The notes: generated from the letters alone by a model not told the origin. A stretch of DNA of 64,000 nt from Candidatus Poribacteria bacterium (GCA_963663765.2 CAXXUA010000015.1:64001-128000), one strand, 5' to 3'. Shown: positions 10,595-21,089, numbered from the stretch's first letter. Made by a program: numbers and translations.

Positions 10595-10676
10595 ATCCCT
10601 CCAATAGTTGATTGTAAGAAATTGTGTTGTTTGTTGCCTAATTGGATGTTTTCAACAATTTCATTTTTCAATTGAT

Positions 10677-11684
10677 TTAATTTCGAGCATTTTCTTCTAT
10701 GAGTTGAGCAACAGCAGATGGAAGAGCACCTCCTTTGAGGTTTGTTTTGCGGACAATCCCATCGGTATCTATTAGAAAATTCGTTGGAATTTGCCTGACT
10801 CTATACATATTTGCAATCTGTCCATCTTTATCGTGATAGTGTAATCCTTTTATTGCATTTTCTCTAATGAAATCCTTTATATGTTCACTTTTTTTATCTG
10901 TAATTATACCAATAATCTGGAAATTCTGATTATTATATTTAGTATAGGTTTGATTGATAACAGGTATTTCCTTGATAAATCGGTCAGACCATGTTGCCCA
11001 GAAATATAGTAGAACAACGTGACCACGAAGTTGTGCTAACGATACTGTTTGACCCTTTGAATTTTCTATTTGAAAATCCAGAACAGGTTTATCAACAAAA
11101 TTCTCAGGATTGAATGCATCGGACAAGTCTGTTAATGCGTCTCTTCTGTCTATTAGAGAAGTTTCAAGCAATTGCTGCGCACCTTCAGCATATTTAGTTG
11201 CACTGTATTTGGGGTCAAGAACAAGTTTCTTGTAGGCTTCATCTGCTTTTTCATGTCTTCCAACGGTATCGTAAGCTATTCCCAAAGTTAGTAGACTTGG
11301 ACCAATTGATGGAGAACTTGGATAATCATTTATAAACGTTTCAAGGACCTCGACTGCTTCTGGTACGCGATCAGACTGGAGCAAGGCTGTACCAAGTATG
11401 AAGTATACCTCATCCACCTTGATAGATAAAGGTTGTGTCTTAATAAACTCCCTTGATTTCTCAATTAACATTTCAGCAACCGCACTTTCGCTGGAGTTTA
11501 ACAGATCTTTCTCAAGGACTTTAATTTCATTATACCTATCAATAGCACGGACGGTTGATGACTTTGTTGTTTCAGAGGCATTGTACGAACTTGTGACACA
11601 GGAACATAACAGTATCAAATTTGTGATGACTGCTAAATGATATAACCAACTATTTATCTTTCTTATCTTTTTTAGGTTATACAT
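10677..11684 (-). CDS. TPR + redoxin-fold lipoprotein lacking CxxC
   Basis: LLCSC lipobox-like; TPR; YFWATWSDRF in place of DFWATWCGPC. Confidence 0.82.
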   Translation of the reverse strand: MYNLKKIRKINSWLYHLAVITNLILLCSCVTSSYNASETTKSSTVRAIDRYNEIKVLEKDLLNSSESAVAEMLIEKSREFIKTQPLSIKVDEVYFILGTALLQSDRVPEAVEVLETFINDYPSSPSIGPSLLTLGIAYDTVGRHEKADEAYKKLVLDPKYSATKYAEGAQQLLETSLIDRRDALTDLSDAFNPENFVDKPVLDFQIENSKGQTVSLAQLRGHVVLLYFWATWSDRFIKEIPVINQTYTKYNNQNFQIIGIITDKKSEHIKDFIRENAIKGLHYHDKDGQIANMYRVRQIPTNFLIDTDGIVRKTNLKGGALPSAVAQLIEENARN

Positions 11685-11728
11685 TGTAAGCCTATAATGT
11701 GTATAATATCATTCAACAAGCATAGATA

Positions 11729-12319
11729 TTATATTGCGTTTGAATAAGAATAAGCGAGTAACAACTTTATTTCCGCTACTTGTACTTGTTGCAAAAAACG
11801 GGTTACGTCAGAGTTGGTATTATTTTCGGCTGCCTCACACCAATCAATAAATTGATATGGGTCCCAATGTTCTGCTTTTTCAATAACTTGTGCGATCTGA
11901 TTGAGTTTATCGGATGGATTTGACTGTTCTTTGGCAATAGCAATTGCACGTTCACGAAGATCCGGAAAAATTGAATGTGTACCAACTCTCCCAAACCAAT
12001 ACTTAGCATTGCTGTAATCCGGTTCACGACGATGCATGATACCGTGCCAATAACTGCCAGTGTTATTACTTAATCCTTGTGAGATGTTGTGTGAATCATT
12101 TATAGCATCATTCCAGATGAGTAATCCACTTTTGAGTGCACCACCAAAGACTTCGTCCTTCACCGTTTGCCCTTGGAATAGATCATCAAGTGATGTGGCT
12201 AAGAGTTCCTCATTTAATTCATCACTCCAAGCGTTAGTTGCTACAAGTGGGGGTAGAGGGTTACCTGCTTCTAATTTTTCAATGACTTCGTTTATTGCTG
12301 ATGTGTATGTTACATCCAT
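11729..12319 (-). CDS. Conserved hypothetical protein
   Basis: AGGAG RBS; motif SHNISQ...GSYWHGIMHRREPDYSNAKYWF. Confidence 0.75.
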   Translation of the reverse strand: MDVTYTSAINEVIEKLEAGNPLPPLVATNAWSDELNEELLATSLDDLFQGQTVKDEVFGGALKSGLLIWNDAINDSHNISQGLSNNTGSYWHGIMHRREPDYSNAKYWFGRVGTHSIFPDLRERAIAIAKEQSNPSDKLNQIAQVIEKAEHWDPYQFIDWCEAAENNTNSDVTRFLQQVQVAEIKLLLAYSYSNAI

Positions 12320-12339
12320 AAGAAAACTCCTTTTTTACA

Positions 12340-12521
12340 CAGGACTTACGTAAAAACGGTAGGTGGTGAATGCCTAAATGGTATTCATACCGTTGGTTTC
12401 TTAATTTCTTGATTTCTTGATTTGGTGCTTTGTAAGCGCGCTGGAAACCCTTAATAATGTTGATAATTACATCATTTTCATCACAATTCTTGATTAAATC
12501 AAGTAAACTGCGTAAGTCCTG
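12340..12521. mobile_element. MITE family A carrying the hairpin module
   Basis: TIRs present; TSD TTACA at 12335-12339 and 12522-12526. Confidence 0.9.
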
Positions 12522-12591
12522 TTACAATTGAATGTGTTGAATTTAGTTTAGCATTTTTTTCTATAGATTTCAAGTGATAATGTTTCTGTGG

Positions 12592-13263
12592 CATAGGTAT
12601 TCAATTGTCACGAAGTATCTTTATTAGAGGACATTTCAACAATAGAATCCCAATAGATTATACATGATTTTTATTGTTCTCAAAACAAGAAGCACAACAA
12701 AACCACACCACCATAAGGTATAATATAACCCATACACAGAAAATAAATTCCAAACTTTTGGTCTTGTACAAATAAGGTGCACCAAAATGACAGACAGACA
12801 GACAAATCAAAGAACAAAAAAGCAGCTGACAAGTCCAAAACAGATACAAAAATACACTGTAAAAAACGATAATAAATCCACAGGACTTACGCAGTTTTCA
12901 CGATCCAATCAAGAATTAAGACGAAAACGATGTAATTTACAGCATTTTTTAGAGTTCCGGCGCGCTTACAAAGCACGCCTACCGTTGGGTGCGTAAGTCC
13001 TGATCCATTTAGTTGTTTTTTAAAATTACGTAAATTCAAAAAACCTTCATAAACCTATATCACAACAGTATCGAGAACATTTATGTAAAAAAACGCGCAA
13101 AAAACAACTAAAAATTTCCACAATGAGGACAGGATACACAAAATAGAGGTACTCAATTGTAGATTATTCACACACGCTAACATTATGATATTTCTGTAGA
13201 GGGAGAAAATTGGGGTAGTAAACTCCTACGACAAGAGTAAATTTCGACAATTGAATGTCTCTG
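12592..13263. mobile_element. Composite non-autonomous element, family C ends
   Basis: CATAGGTATTCAATTGTC...GACAATTGAATGTCTCTG with 9-bp TSD TTTCTGTGG at 12583-12591 and 13264-13272. Confidence 0.72.
12881..13002. mobile_element. MITE family A nested in the family C element
   Basis: Perfect 13-bp TIRs CAGGACTTACGCA; TSD ATCCA on both sides. Confidence 0.92.
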
Positions 13264-13333
13264 TTTCTGTGGATATTGATTGGTTCAAAACTTTGTTGAT
13301 AAACAACTAAATGCGTGATAAACTAATGTCACA

Positions 13334-13825
13334 ATGGCACACGAAAAGATCTATCAAACTAAAGAGCTTGCTGTACTACTGGATGACTTGAAATCCAAGG
13401 GGAAAGTAGTCGTCACAACTAACGGCTGTTTTGATGTGCTGCATTTAGGACATTTGCGTTATCTCCAAGTTGCACGCCAACTTGGAGACCTGCTTGTCGT
13501 AGCAATCAATAGTGATAGTTCTGTACGTGAACTGAAAGGTGTAAATCGTCCGCTTGTACCCGAAACAGAACGTGCTGAAATGCTTGCAGGATTGGAATGC
13601 GTAGATTATGTTGTCATATTTCCAGAGTTAACACCAGTGAAAGTACTTGCTGATCTCAAGCCAATTATACATGTTAAAGGTGGTAACTATGAATTAGAAG
13701 AACTTGTCGAAAGAAAAGTCGTTGAAGCAAACGGTGGAAAAGTCGTTATTGGCTTAAATGTCCCTGGTAAATCAACAACGAACATAATTGATTTAATAAT
13801 CGAACGGTATGGAAATTCATTGTAG
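13334..13825 (+). CDS. rfaE2: D-glycero-beta-D-manno-heptose 1-phosphate adenylyltransferase (HldC/RfaE domain II)
   Basis: TNGCFDVLHLGH, NSDSSVRELKG, KGGNY, GKSTT. Confidence 0.88.
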   Translation: MAHEKIYQTKELAVLLDDLKSKGKVVVTTNGCFDVLHLGHLRYLQVARQLGDLLVVAINSDSSVRELKGVNRPLVPETERAEMLAGLECVDYVVIFPELTPVKVLADLKPIIHVKGGNYELEELVERKVVEANGGKVVIGLNVPGKSTTNIIDLIIERYGNSL

Positions 13826-13867
13826 ACATTTTAAATTTATTTAATGTCTATTAAATTATGTCTCATT

Positions 13868-14281
13868 AGCTTCGGAGATCTGGTAGGAGCAACCTCCCGA
13901 TCGCGAACGGAAAGTCGCTCCCACAGAAGATGTGTATAATTATTTCAATAATTCACCATAAATAATCTTGCATCGTTGAGTATAAGTGTACGGGGTTATT
14001 CAGTTTTCCTAATTTTTGGATTTTTGAAAAAGAAACCCTGCGGTAGGAGCGACCTCCCGGTCGCGATTTTCTAAAGCTTCGGAGATCTGGTAGGAGCGAC
14101 CTCTCGATTGCGAACGGAAAGTCGCTCCCACAGAAGATGTGTATAATTATTTCAATAATTCACCATAAATAATCTTGCATCGTTGAGTATAAGTGTACGG
14201 GGTTATTCAGTTTTCCTAATTTTTGGATTTTTGAAAAAGAAACCCTGCGGTAGGAGCGACCTCCCGGTCGCGATTTTCTAA
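13868..14281. repeat. 207-bp direct tandem duplication of stacked REP/MITE fragments
   Basis: agcttcggagatctggtagg begins at 13868 and 14075; the two copies are near-identical. Confidence 0.88.
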
Positions 14282-14317
14282 GGAAACAGCAAAAATGCCA
14301 AAAACTGAATAACCCTG
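14198..14317. mobile_element. MITE family B (TIR CAGGGTTATTCAGTTTT, 9-bp TSD)
   Basis: 120 bp; REP core gtaggagcgacctcccggtcgc; TSD ATAAGTGTA at 14189-14197 and 14318-14326. Confidence 0.88.
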
Positions 14318-14465
14318 ATAAGTGTAGTTATAAACTGAAAAAAGTGCTATAATTTCTAGCATGGACGATTGTCTTTTGAAGATTTTGATTTGTATTTTCT
14401 TGATTAAGGACATTTGACCTATTTGTTCAAGTATTTTTACAAAGGTATTGATTAGAAGGAGACTT

Positions 14466-15665
14466 ATGAAATATAGAAACATCTCAATTTGCGTTTTGGT
14501 ATTGGCAATTTCTGCTATTTTAATATTTTTATCAGGTTGTGAAAGTATCCCAGATATAATGGATACTACAACGTCCCCAATGGACACCACAAAGGAAGAA
14601 ATCACAGTTGGTATCGTATTTCCTATGTCAGGTAGGCTTGAATTTTCATTTGGTTATCCGATGCATCGCACACTACAAATTGCCCTTAGAGAGGTTAATT
14701 ATTCAAAACTAACAAAAGTTAAGCTTAAGTTTATCTATGAGGATGATCAAAGCACCGTGGAAGGTGCGATAAATGCCTACAATAAACTAATTCATGAAGA
14801 CAAGGTTTCTATTATTCTTGGACCAGCAACTTCATCTGCAGCCAAAGAAACCTTCCCGATTGCGCAGGAAAATCAGGTTGTTGCGATTAGTCCGACATCC
14901 GCAGCCCGTGGACTCAGTGCAATAGGTGATTATGTTTTCCGTATAGCTCTTACCACTGATGTTTTGGTTCCGAATGGTGTTGAAAAAACGCATGCAATTC
15001 TTGGATATCAAAAGGTAGCAACGTTATATGATGAAACCGATGCGTTTTCAATTGATGGTGACGCAGCTACACAAGAAGCACTCGCTGCCAATGGAGTTAA
15101 TATTCTTCTAACTGAAACATTTCGTGGAGGTGAAACTGTTGATTTTTCTGAACTACTCACGCGGATTAATGAATTGAATCCTGATGCTATCTTTGTTTCT
15201 TCCTTACCGGGGGAAAAGTCTGAAATACTTATCAAAGGTCATGAACTCGGTATAACTGCTCCATTTATCATGCGAACGTTAACAGATGAGGATGTGGAAG
15301 CAGCTGGTGAAGCAGCGGAAGGTGCTATCACATTTGTTGGATGGGGTTCTAATGTAGATACGCCGGGAAATCAAACATTTATTCAAGAATATGGAAATTG
15401 CCAACCCTATGAAGATTGTGCAGTTGGATTTCCTGGACCGAAACCGAACAACTATGCTGCGCGCACTTATGCTGCGCTTTATGTCTTAGCAGAAGCAATT
15501 GAAAATGCAGTATCAACAGATACAGCAGATATTCGAGACGCACTCGCGAATATAAGTGATTATGATACCATTTTAGGTCAGTTCTCTTTTGATGAAAACG
15601 GAGACGCTGTTTATGATCCGAAAATTCTGATTGTCAAGAATGGTGAATTGGTCCTGTTTGAATAG
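14466..15665 (+). CDS. Branched-chain amino acid-type ABC substrate-binding lipoprotein (LivJ/LivK family)
   Basis: AAGGAG RBS, LSGC lipobox, YEDDQS, ILGPATSS, GDYVFR, FSFDENGD. Confidence 0.9.
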   Translation: MKYRNISICVLVLAISAILIFLSGCESIPDIMDTTTSPMDTTKEEITVGIVFPMSGRLEFSFGYPMHRTLQIALREVNYSKLTKVKLKFIYEDDQSTVEGAINAYNKLIHEDKVSIILGPATSSAAKETFPIAQENQVVAISPTSAARGLSAIGDYVFRIALTTDVLVPNGVEKTHAILGYQKVATLYDETDAFSIDGDAATQEALAANGVNILLTETFRGGETVDFSELLTRINELNPDAIFVSSLPGEKSEILIKGHELGITAPFIMRTLTDEDVEAAGEAAEGAITFVGWGSNVDTPGNQTFIQEYGNCQPYEDCAVGFPGPKPNNYAARTYAALYVLAEAIENAVSTDTADIRDALANISDYDTILGQFSFDENGDAVYDPKILIVKNGELVLFE

Positions 15666-15746
15666 AGTTTGGTAGATCTATTTCAATCTACCGTTGGGTT
15701 CGTAAGTCCTACTATTATTTTGACAATAAATAACCAAAAGGAATTC

Positions 15747-16601
15747 ATGCAAGAATCCTTAGATCAATTTTACACTAAGCAAGAAATAGCAGTATCATGT
15801 TGGAAGCATTTTACTGATACGGTTTGCACACTCAACAGAGATGTCAACGACCTATTTTTTGTTGAACCTTCTGCCGGTACTGGTGCGTTTTTCAAACTCT
15901 TACCTCCAGAACGTAGGTTTGGGATAGATATCGCACCAAAATGTGATGAGGTAAAACCGCAAGATTTTTTTCAATTCTCTGATTTTCCTGCACATCCTAA
16001 AAATACAGTGATTATCGGCAACCCGCCTTTTGGTAAACGTGGTAAATTAGCAATGGCTTTTTTTAATCATGCTGCACGTTTTGCAGATATCGTTGCTTTT
16101 ATTGTACCTCTTACTTTTAGAAAATATACAGTTCACAAGAACCTTGATCCGAGTTTGCGATATATTAGTAAATTAATATTGCCGAGGGATGCGTTTGTGC
16201 TTGATAATGGAAACCCTTTCTCTGTCAATACAGAATTTCAAATATGGACACGCTTGTTGAGTGAACATCAGAATTTACGAGAACTTAGACCATTACCAAT
16301 TTCACATCAAGATTTTCAGTTATGGCAGTATAACAACACACCGGAATCTCTTAAAGTCTTTCATAATACATTTGATTTCGCTGTCCCGTGCCAAGGATGG
16401 CAAGATTATACTCGTAAGGAAACAGATGAAAAAAAATGCGAACGAAGCAAACAGTGGATCCTCTTGAAAGCAATTAATTCATCAGTTTTAGATCGGTTGA
16501 AGCACATTGATTATGAACGTTTGGCACGTGAATGTGCTACAGCAATTCCTGGTTTTAGAAAAGCTGACCTTGTGAAGGAATATTCAGAACTCTATGAGTA
16601 A
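15747..16601 (+). CDS. Orphan SAM-dependent amino-DNA methyltransferase-like protein
   Basis: LDQFYT, motif I VEPSAGTGAF, motif IV IGNPPFG; the ORF-track 5' extension overlaps a MITE remnant at 15688-15711. Confidence 0.8.
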   Translation: MQESLDQFYTKQEIAVSCWKHFTDTVCTLNRDVNDLFFVEPSAGTGAFFKLLPPERRFGIDIAPKCDEVKPQDFFQFSDFPAHPKNTVIIGNPPFGKRGKLAMAFFNHAARFADIVAFIVPLTFRKYTVHKNLDPSLRYISKLILPRDAFVLDNGNPFSVNTEFQIWTRLLSEHQNLRELRPLPISHQDFQLWQYNNTPESLKVFHNTFDFAVPCQGWQDYTRKETDEKKCERSKQWILLKAINSSVLDRLKHIDYERLARECATAIPGFRKADLVKEYSELYE

Positions 16602-16621
16602 AGTCAATGATCTGATTTAAG

Positions 16622-16790
16622 TAGGACTTACGCACCCAACGGTAGGCGGGGAATGCCTAAATGCGAATGCGCGTATGGCATTCGCCATGATTCATACCGT
16701 TGATTTGGCGCAGGAAACCGAAAAAATGCTGAAAATTACCCCATTTTCGTCATAATTCTTCATCAAATCATGAAAACTGCGTAAGTCCTG
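16622..16790. mobile_element. MITE family A with doubly nested hairpin module
   Basis: TAGGACTTACGCA...TGCGTAAGTCCTG; TSD TTAAG on both sides. Confidence 0.9.
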
Positions 16791-16849
16791 TTAAGTATTT
16801 AGCATGAATCAATGAATTTTGTGGAATAGACATTCAGCATTGATAATTG

Positions 16850-17977
16850 CTACCTTCCAAACCGTTCTAACCGATACGGATTAAACCACTCCACACGTGC
16901 ACCATCAAGAATTTCCATTGTTGCCATCTCCCCTACTAAGGGAGCTAAAGTAACCCCACTGTGCATTAAAGCAATATACAGGTTAGGCACAGTTTTTGTA
17001 TATCCGAGTATTGGAAAACCATCAAGTGGCATCGGTCTATATCCAACAGGTGTAGGAATTGCCTCTGCAGTCCCTATAGCAGGTAGATAGGTTTTTGCTT
17101 GAGCAAGCAGCGAATCCGCATGTTTTTGTGAATCATCACGGTTAATTCCTTCTTGAGTTCCTTGTCCTATTCTGAGTGTGCCATCTGCTAATTGCCGTAG
17201 ATGTAGGTGTTGATGATTATCATTCACCGACGGAGCGTGAATGATAGCTACATTGTGTAAGACATTCGCACAAGGACTTGTCTTAATTACTATGCCGGGA
17301 CTGCGTTGTTGTGGTATGTGAACACCTACCAGAGCAGCAAGTTCAGTTGTCTTAACACCGGCTGCAAACAAAACCACATCACACTCAAAATCATCACCAT
17401 AAGTTACAACTGAAACAATTCTGCCTTTCTTGACGACAAAGTCTCTAACATGGAGCATGTTGTACACTGCAGCTCCGTTATCCATCGCACGATCCAAACA
17501 AGCAGTTATGAACTATTTTGTTTCTATGTGTATATCTGCTTCTGAATATGAGGCAGCTTCTACAGTCCCTGGGCTTAATTTTGGTTCGAATTCCAGCATT
17601 TCATCAGAATTGATAAGTCTGCATGGATATCCCCATTTTTGAAGTTTCTGAATTCGGTGTTGTAGTTCTGCAGCGCGTTCTTTATTATTCTCCCATCGCA
17701 TTTCGCCACCAGAATGTATTCCAATATCAACATTGAGTTGATGTGCGATCCTATACCACATATCTAACGCACACCGATTAAGGGCATGATAATTACGGGG
17801 GTCTTTCCCGAAAGCATTCACCCATGCAAACGAGTGTGCTGATGCAACCCCTTCTGATCCACTATCACGAATAATAGATATGTTGCAACCAAATCGTTTT
17901 GAAAGATTATATGCAATAACTGCACCGATAACACCTGCTCCGATTATAACGATTTTTTTGTTTTTTGCTGATGTCAT
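16850..17977 (-). pseudogene. FAD-dependent DAO-family oxidoreductase interrupted by an in-frame TAG
   Basis: IIGAGVIG in the 5' ORF and GYRPMPLDG/HSGVTLAP in the 3' ORF; same frame, single TAG at 17513-17515. Confidence 0.8.
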
Positions 17978-18059
17978 CTTTAGTATAATTCTCTGATTCT
18001 AAGTAGAATGGGTATGCATGTGGTTGGAATGATAAAATTCCTTAGCAATAATTACTGGA

Positions 18060-18686
18060 CTAACGATGTGCTACAACAATAAATCCTGTCAATCCTGTCA
18101 ACAGCATTTGAAAACCTGTTTGATAAAATAACAAAAGAAAAGGTTGACAAAGAGAAATCAAACCGAGAGCTATCAATCCGATGGTGATTCGTTCACATAA
18201 TACCTTGTGTGAATTGGCAATTGAAAAAACAATAATGCTGGGAAGTAGCATAGGAAGTGCTGAAGCGTTGAGAGCTGGTATCGCGGATTGATAGAGGAAA
18301 CCGATCCCGATCAGGGTTCCAACTGCGGAGACAATCGTAGCCATTCGTGTTGCTGTGGTTGTCATACCAAACGCAATTGCACCTGCGAATAAGAGATGCA
18401 AAGCAGAACCGCTCAGGATTGATGGAACAGGTAGATATAGAAAACACAATCCAATAATCATTCCTATACCAGAAATAAGTGCGATTCGTTGTTTGTTATT
18501 AAAACTAACACTTGCAAGGATCGCGCTTATACTCATAAGCAGAAATGATAAACCTTTTAGTAGCACGTTGAGTTGTTTGATATTCTGAGACGTTCCAAAT
18601 ATATTTTCTAAGCTGAGATATAGAACGACTATGCTAATAAGTATAAAAGTGATGGATAATACCTGATTTCGTTTCCGTTTTTCCAT
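18060..18686 (-). CDS. Hypothetical polytopic membrane protein
   Basis: Highly hydrophobic 208-aa ORF with AAGGA RBS. Confidence 0.7.
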   Translation of the reverse strand: MEKRKRNQVLSITFILISIVVLYLSLENIFGTSQNIKQLNVLLKGLSFLLMSISAILASVSFNNKQRIALISGIGMIIGLCFLYLPVPSILSGSALHLLFAGAIAFGMTTTATRMATIVSAVGTLIGIGFLYQSAIPALNASALPMLLPSIIVFSIANSHKVLCERITIGLIALGLISLCQPFLLLFYQTGFQMLLTGLTGFIVVAHR

Positions 18687-18768
18687 AATTCCTTTTACAT
18701 TTTGTTGATTAGCATTACCAACGTATTAGCATTTGTAGGTGCATGGTTTAGAATAATTACTAAAATGC

Positions 18769-19203
18769 TCATTTGCCAATTTTAAACAAACGGTCTTTCC
18801 ATGATTTTGATTGTTCGTCTTGCAAGTTGTTGATCTGTACTCGCAAATCGGCTCTTTCTTCTTGCAAGGATTTTACCTTGTCTTTGAGTGTAACGATTTC
18901 TACTTCCAATTTTTCATTGTTTTCACGAAGATAAGCAATGTGAATGATTTGACAGATTAGGTTCTCAATAATATCGTTTGTGGGTATATTGAAACTCAGT
19001 TGTGTAATCAATGGAGCTAAACCGTCAATCCGTAACTGAAGAATTGGTTTTGATTCTTCTGTCTCAGTATCATCTGAAGGTGCAGCGACAATTCTCAGAA
19101 AAGGTTCAATTTCCAGAGGTTTTCGTTCTAAAGTTTGTTTTATTATATCTTCATCAACACCGATGATTTCGGCAATATCAGAAGGATTCATATAGAGTTC
19201 CAT
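18769..19203 (-). CDS. Hypothetical protein, HTH-like N-terminus and coiled coil
   Basis: MNPSDIAEIIGV start; heptad-rich C-terminus ending SWKDRLF. Confidence 0.65.
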   Translation of the reverse strand: MELYMNPSDIAEIIGVDEDIIKQTLERKPLEIEPFLRIVAAPSDDTETEESKPILQLRIDGLAPLITQLSFNIPTNDIIENLICQIIHIAYLRENNEKLEVEIVTLKDKVKSLQEERADLRVQINNLQDEQSKSWKDRLFKIGK

Positions 19204-19296
19204 GTTATATACCCTAAGTTGATAGAATTATCTTATGTAATAGGCCACAGAAGTGAAGTCAAAATGTGTACTTAATCATAAAGGTCAATGGGCTGT

Positions 19297-19911
19297 TTAG
19301 GCTTGAACAGAATCTCTTTTAAGAACACGGATCATGTGTCGGAAATAACTGAAAAAGGAGATGAAGACAAAAATTATCGCTATACACAAACTATAGAACT
19401 CAATATTTTCTGGTAAAGGTTTATTCATGGAACGAAAAACATATAAAATAACCGTAATAGATAAAAGGAAACTGGTACATTTCCCCCATAAATTAGACCG
19501 TGTAATCATCTTTGCTTTGTAAGCGAGATATGCGTTCCCAATCACAATTGCAACATCACGAAGCACAACAAGGACAAATGCCCACATAGGAAATTCAGAG
19601 GTAGTTAGGACGAGTGCAAAGATGCCTGCGCCGAGTGCACATTTGTCAGCTATAGGGTCGAGAATATAACCCAATTCTGAATGTTGATTTAGGATACGGG
19701 CAAAAAAACCGTCTAATAAATCAGAAATAACCGCAATAGCCCCTACTAAAATTGCCAGTTTATAGTTCTCTTGGCAAATTGACCAAAAAAGGACAGGTAC
19801 AATCAGCAATCGAAAAGTAGAGATCATATTGCTGATGTATAGGAAATCTCTTGGTGAGATTTGGATTGTCCGCGTATCTGTGAATTGGTGTATAGATGCC
19901 TTAAGTGCCAT
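19297..19911 (-). CDS. CDP-alcohol phosphatidyltransferase (PgsA-like)
   Basis: SDLLDGFFAR...LGYILDPIADK signature. Confidence 0.9.
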   Translation of the reverse strand: MALKASIHQFTDTRTIQISPRDFLYISNMISTFRLLIVPVLFWSICQENYKLAILVGAIAVISDLLDGFFARILNQHSELGYILDPIADKCALGAGIFALVLTTSEFPMWAFVLVVLRDVAIVIGNAYLAYKAKMITRSNLWGKCTSFLLSITVILYVFRSMNKPLPENIEFYSLCIAIIFVFISFFSYFRHMIRVLKRDSVQA

Positions 19912-20061
19912 GATCCTATTTGACAAATTGTTGTCATTATATATTTTCAATGTTACCAAAACCAATACTGGTGTATAACAGTTTTGGAACAACATTATAC
20001 GAAGTCATTACCTTATATTGATGTAATCCTCCGCACAGATCTTATTCTGATATTTTGTAAT

Positions 20062-20715
20062 TCAATTATTTCGTGCAGCTAATTGGAAAGCTATCTGTTG
20101 ATTTAGTTTTTTCAATATTTCAATTTCACGTCTAAGGAGTTCATCAAATGAGGTAATTTCTAATAGTGTCTGTTTTTCATCAAGAGATATGCGCAATCGC
20201 GTTCCGATACGGTATGCTAAGTGTTGTGGATGTTCTGGGTTTTCATCTGGCGGCTGCCATGTAAACATAAGGTGACTGGATAAAGTTTCATATTCAATAT
20301 ATAGTTCACGTGTTTCAGCTGCAATTTCCTTTAATCTTGGATCGGGTTCCGTATCCAAAGAATCAAGCATTCGGATACGTGCAACTAAGAACGAATGTTC
20401 GTCATTAAGATCCAATATTTCAAAACGTGTGTGTCCCGTTGTCATGATATTCATACGACCGTCTGGAAACCGATTAACATCGATTAAGTCAACCGCAGTT
20501 CCGATATTGCAGGGGACCGCCGTTTCTTCTACCTCTTCACCTTCTTTGATCATAACAACCCCGAATGAGGAATCGTTTCTGATACAATACTTCATCATTT
20601 CACGGTATCGTTGTTCAAAAATATGTAGCGGTAAAGATCCACCTGGGAATAGCACAACATTCAATGGAAAAATAGGTAGTTCTTGTTCTTCTGTGTGTTT
20701 TGTATCAACTTGCAT
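20062..20715 (-). CDS. Lon protease N-terminal (substrate-binding) domain protein
   Basis: LPIFPLNVVLFPG..LPLHIFEQRY; GAGGTG RBS before MQVD. Confidence 0.88.
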   Translation of the reverse strand: MQVDTKHTEEQELPIFPLNVVLFPGGSLPLHIFEQRYREMMKYCIRNDSSFGVVMIKEGEEVEETAVPCNIGTAVDLIDVNRFPDGRMNIMTTGHTRFEILDLNDEHSFLVARIRMLDSLDTEPDPRLKEIAAETRELYIEYETLSSHLMFTWQPPDENPEHPQHLAYRIGTRLRISLDEKQTLLEITSFDELLRREIEILKKLNQQIAFQLAARNN

Positions 20716-20906
20716 TTTAAACACCTCATCTGAAGGTGTAATAATCGTATTTTTCACCATTTAGTCGTTTATTATAGAGATTATGGTTTTGCGTTAACAG
20801 AATTAGAAGGTGTATATTTATTTTTACACAAAACATTGAAAATGTCAAGGTTATAATTGCAAAAATATGTAAAGTACCTGAAAAATATTGACCTTGAATC
20901 AGCATT

Positions 20907-21089
20907 GGGTGTGTAAAGTCTGGGTTACTGTACGTAGGGGCGGGGTCTCCCCAGCCGAACAGAGGCTTTATGTGGGCGAGGAGACCCCGCCCCTACGATG
21001 TCCACAGTCCCCTAACGTCAAGTAATTTTTGATAGAAACTGGACAGCCTTCTTCTAATATCAGAGTTTCTACAAAAACTTTACAAACCC
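20907..21089. mobile_element. Degenerate ISKra4-end MITE with REP doublet
   Basis: GGGTGTGTAAAGT...AAAACTTTACAAACCC enclosing cgtaggggcggggtctcc / ggagaccccgcccctacg; no TSD seen. Confidence 0.65.

Noticed and set aside
17513-17515. Pyrrolysine or alternative genetic code
   Set aside because: TAG ends many intact genes in this window and no pyl genes are visible
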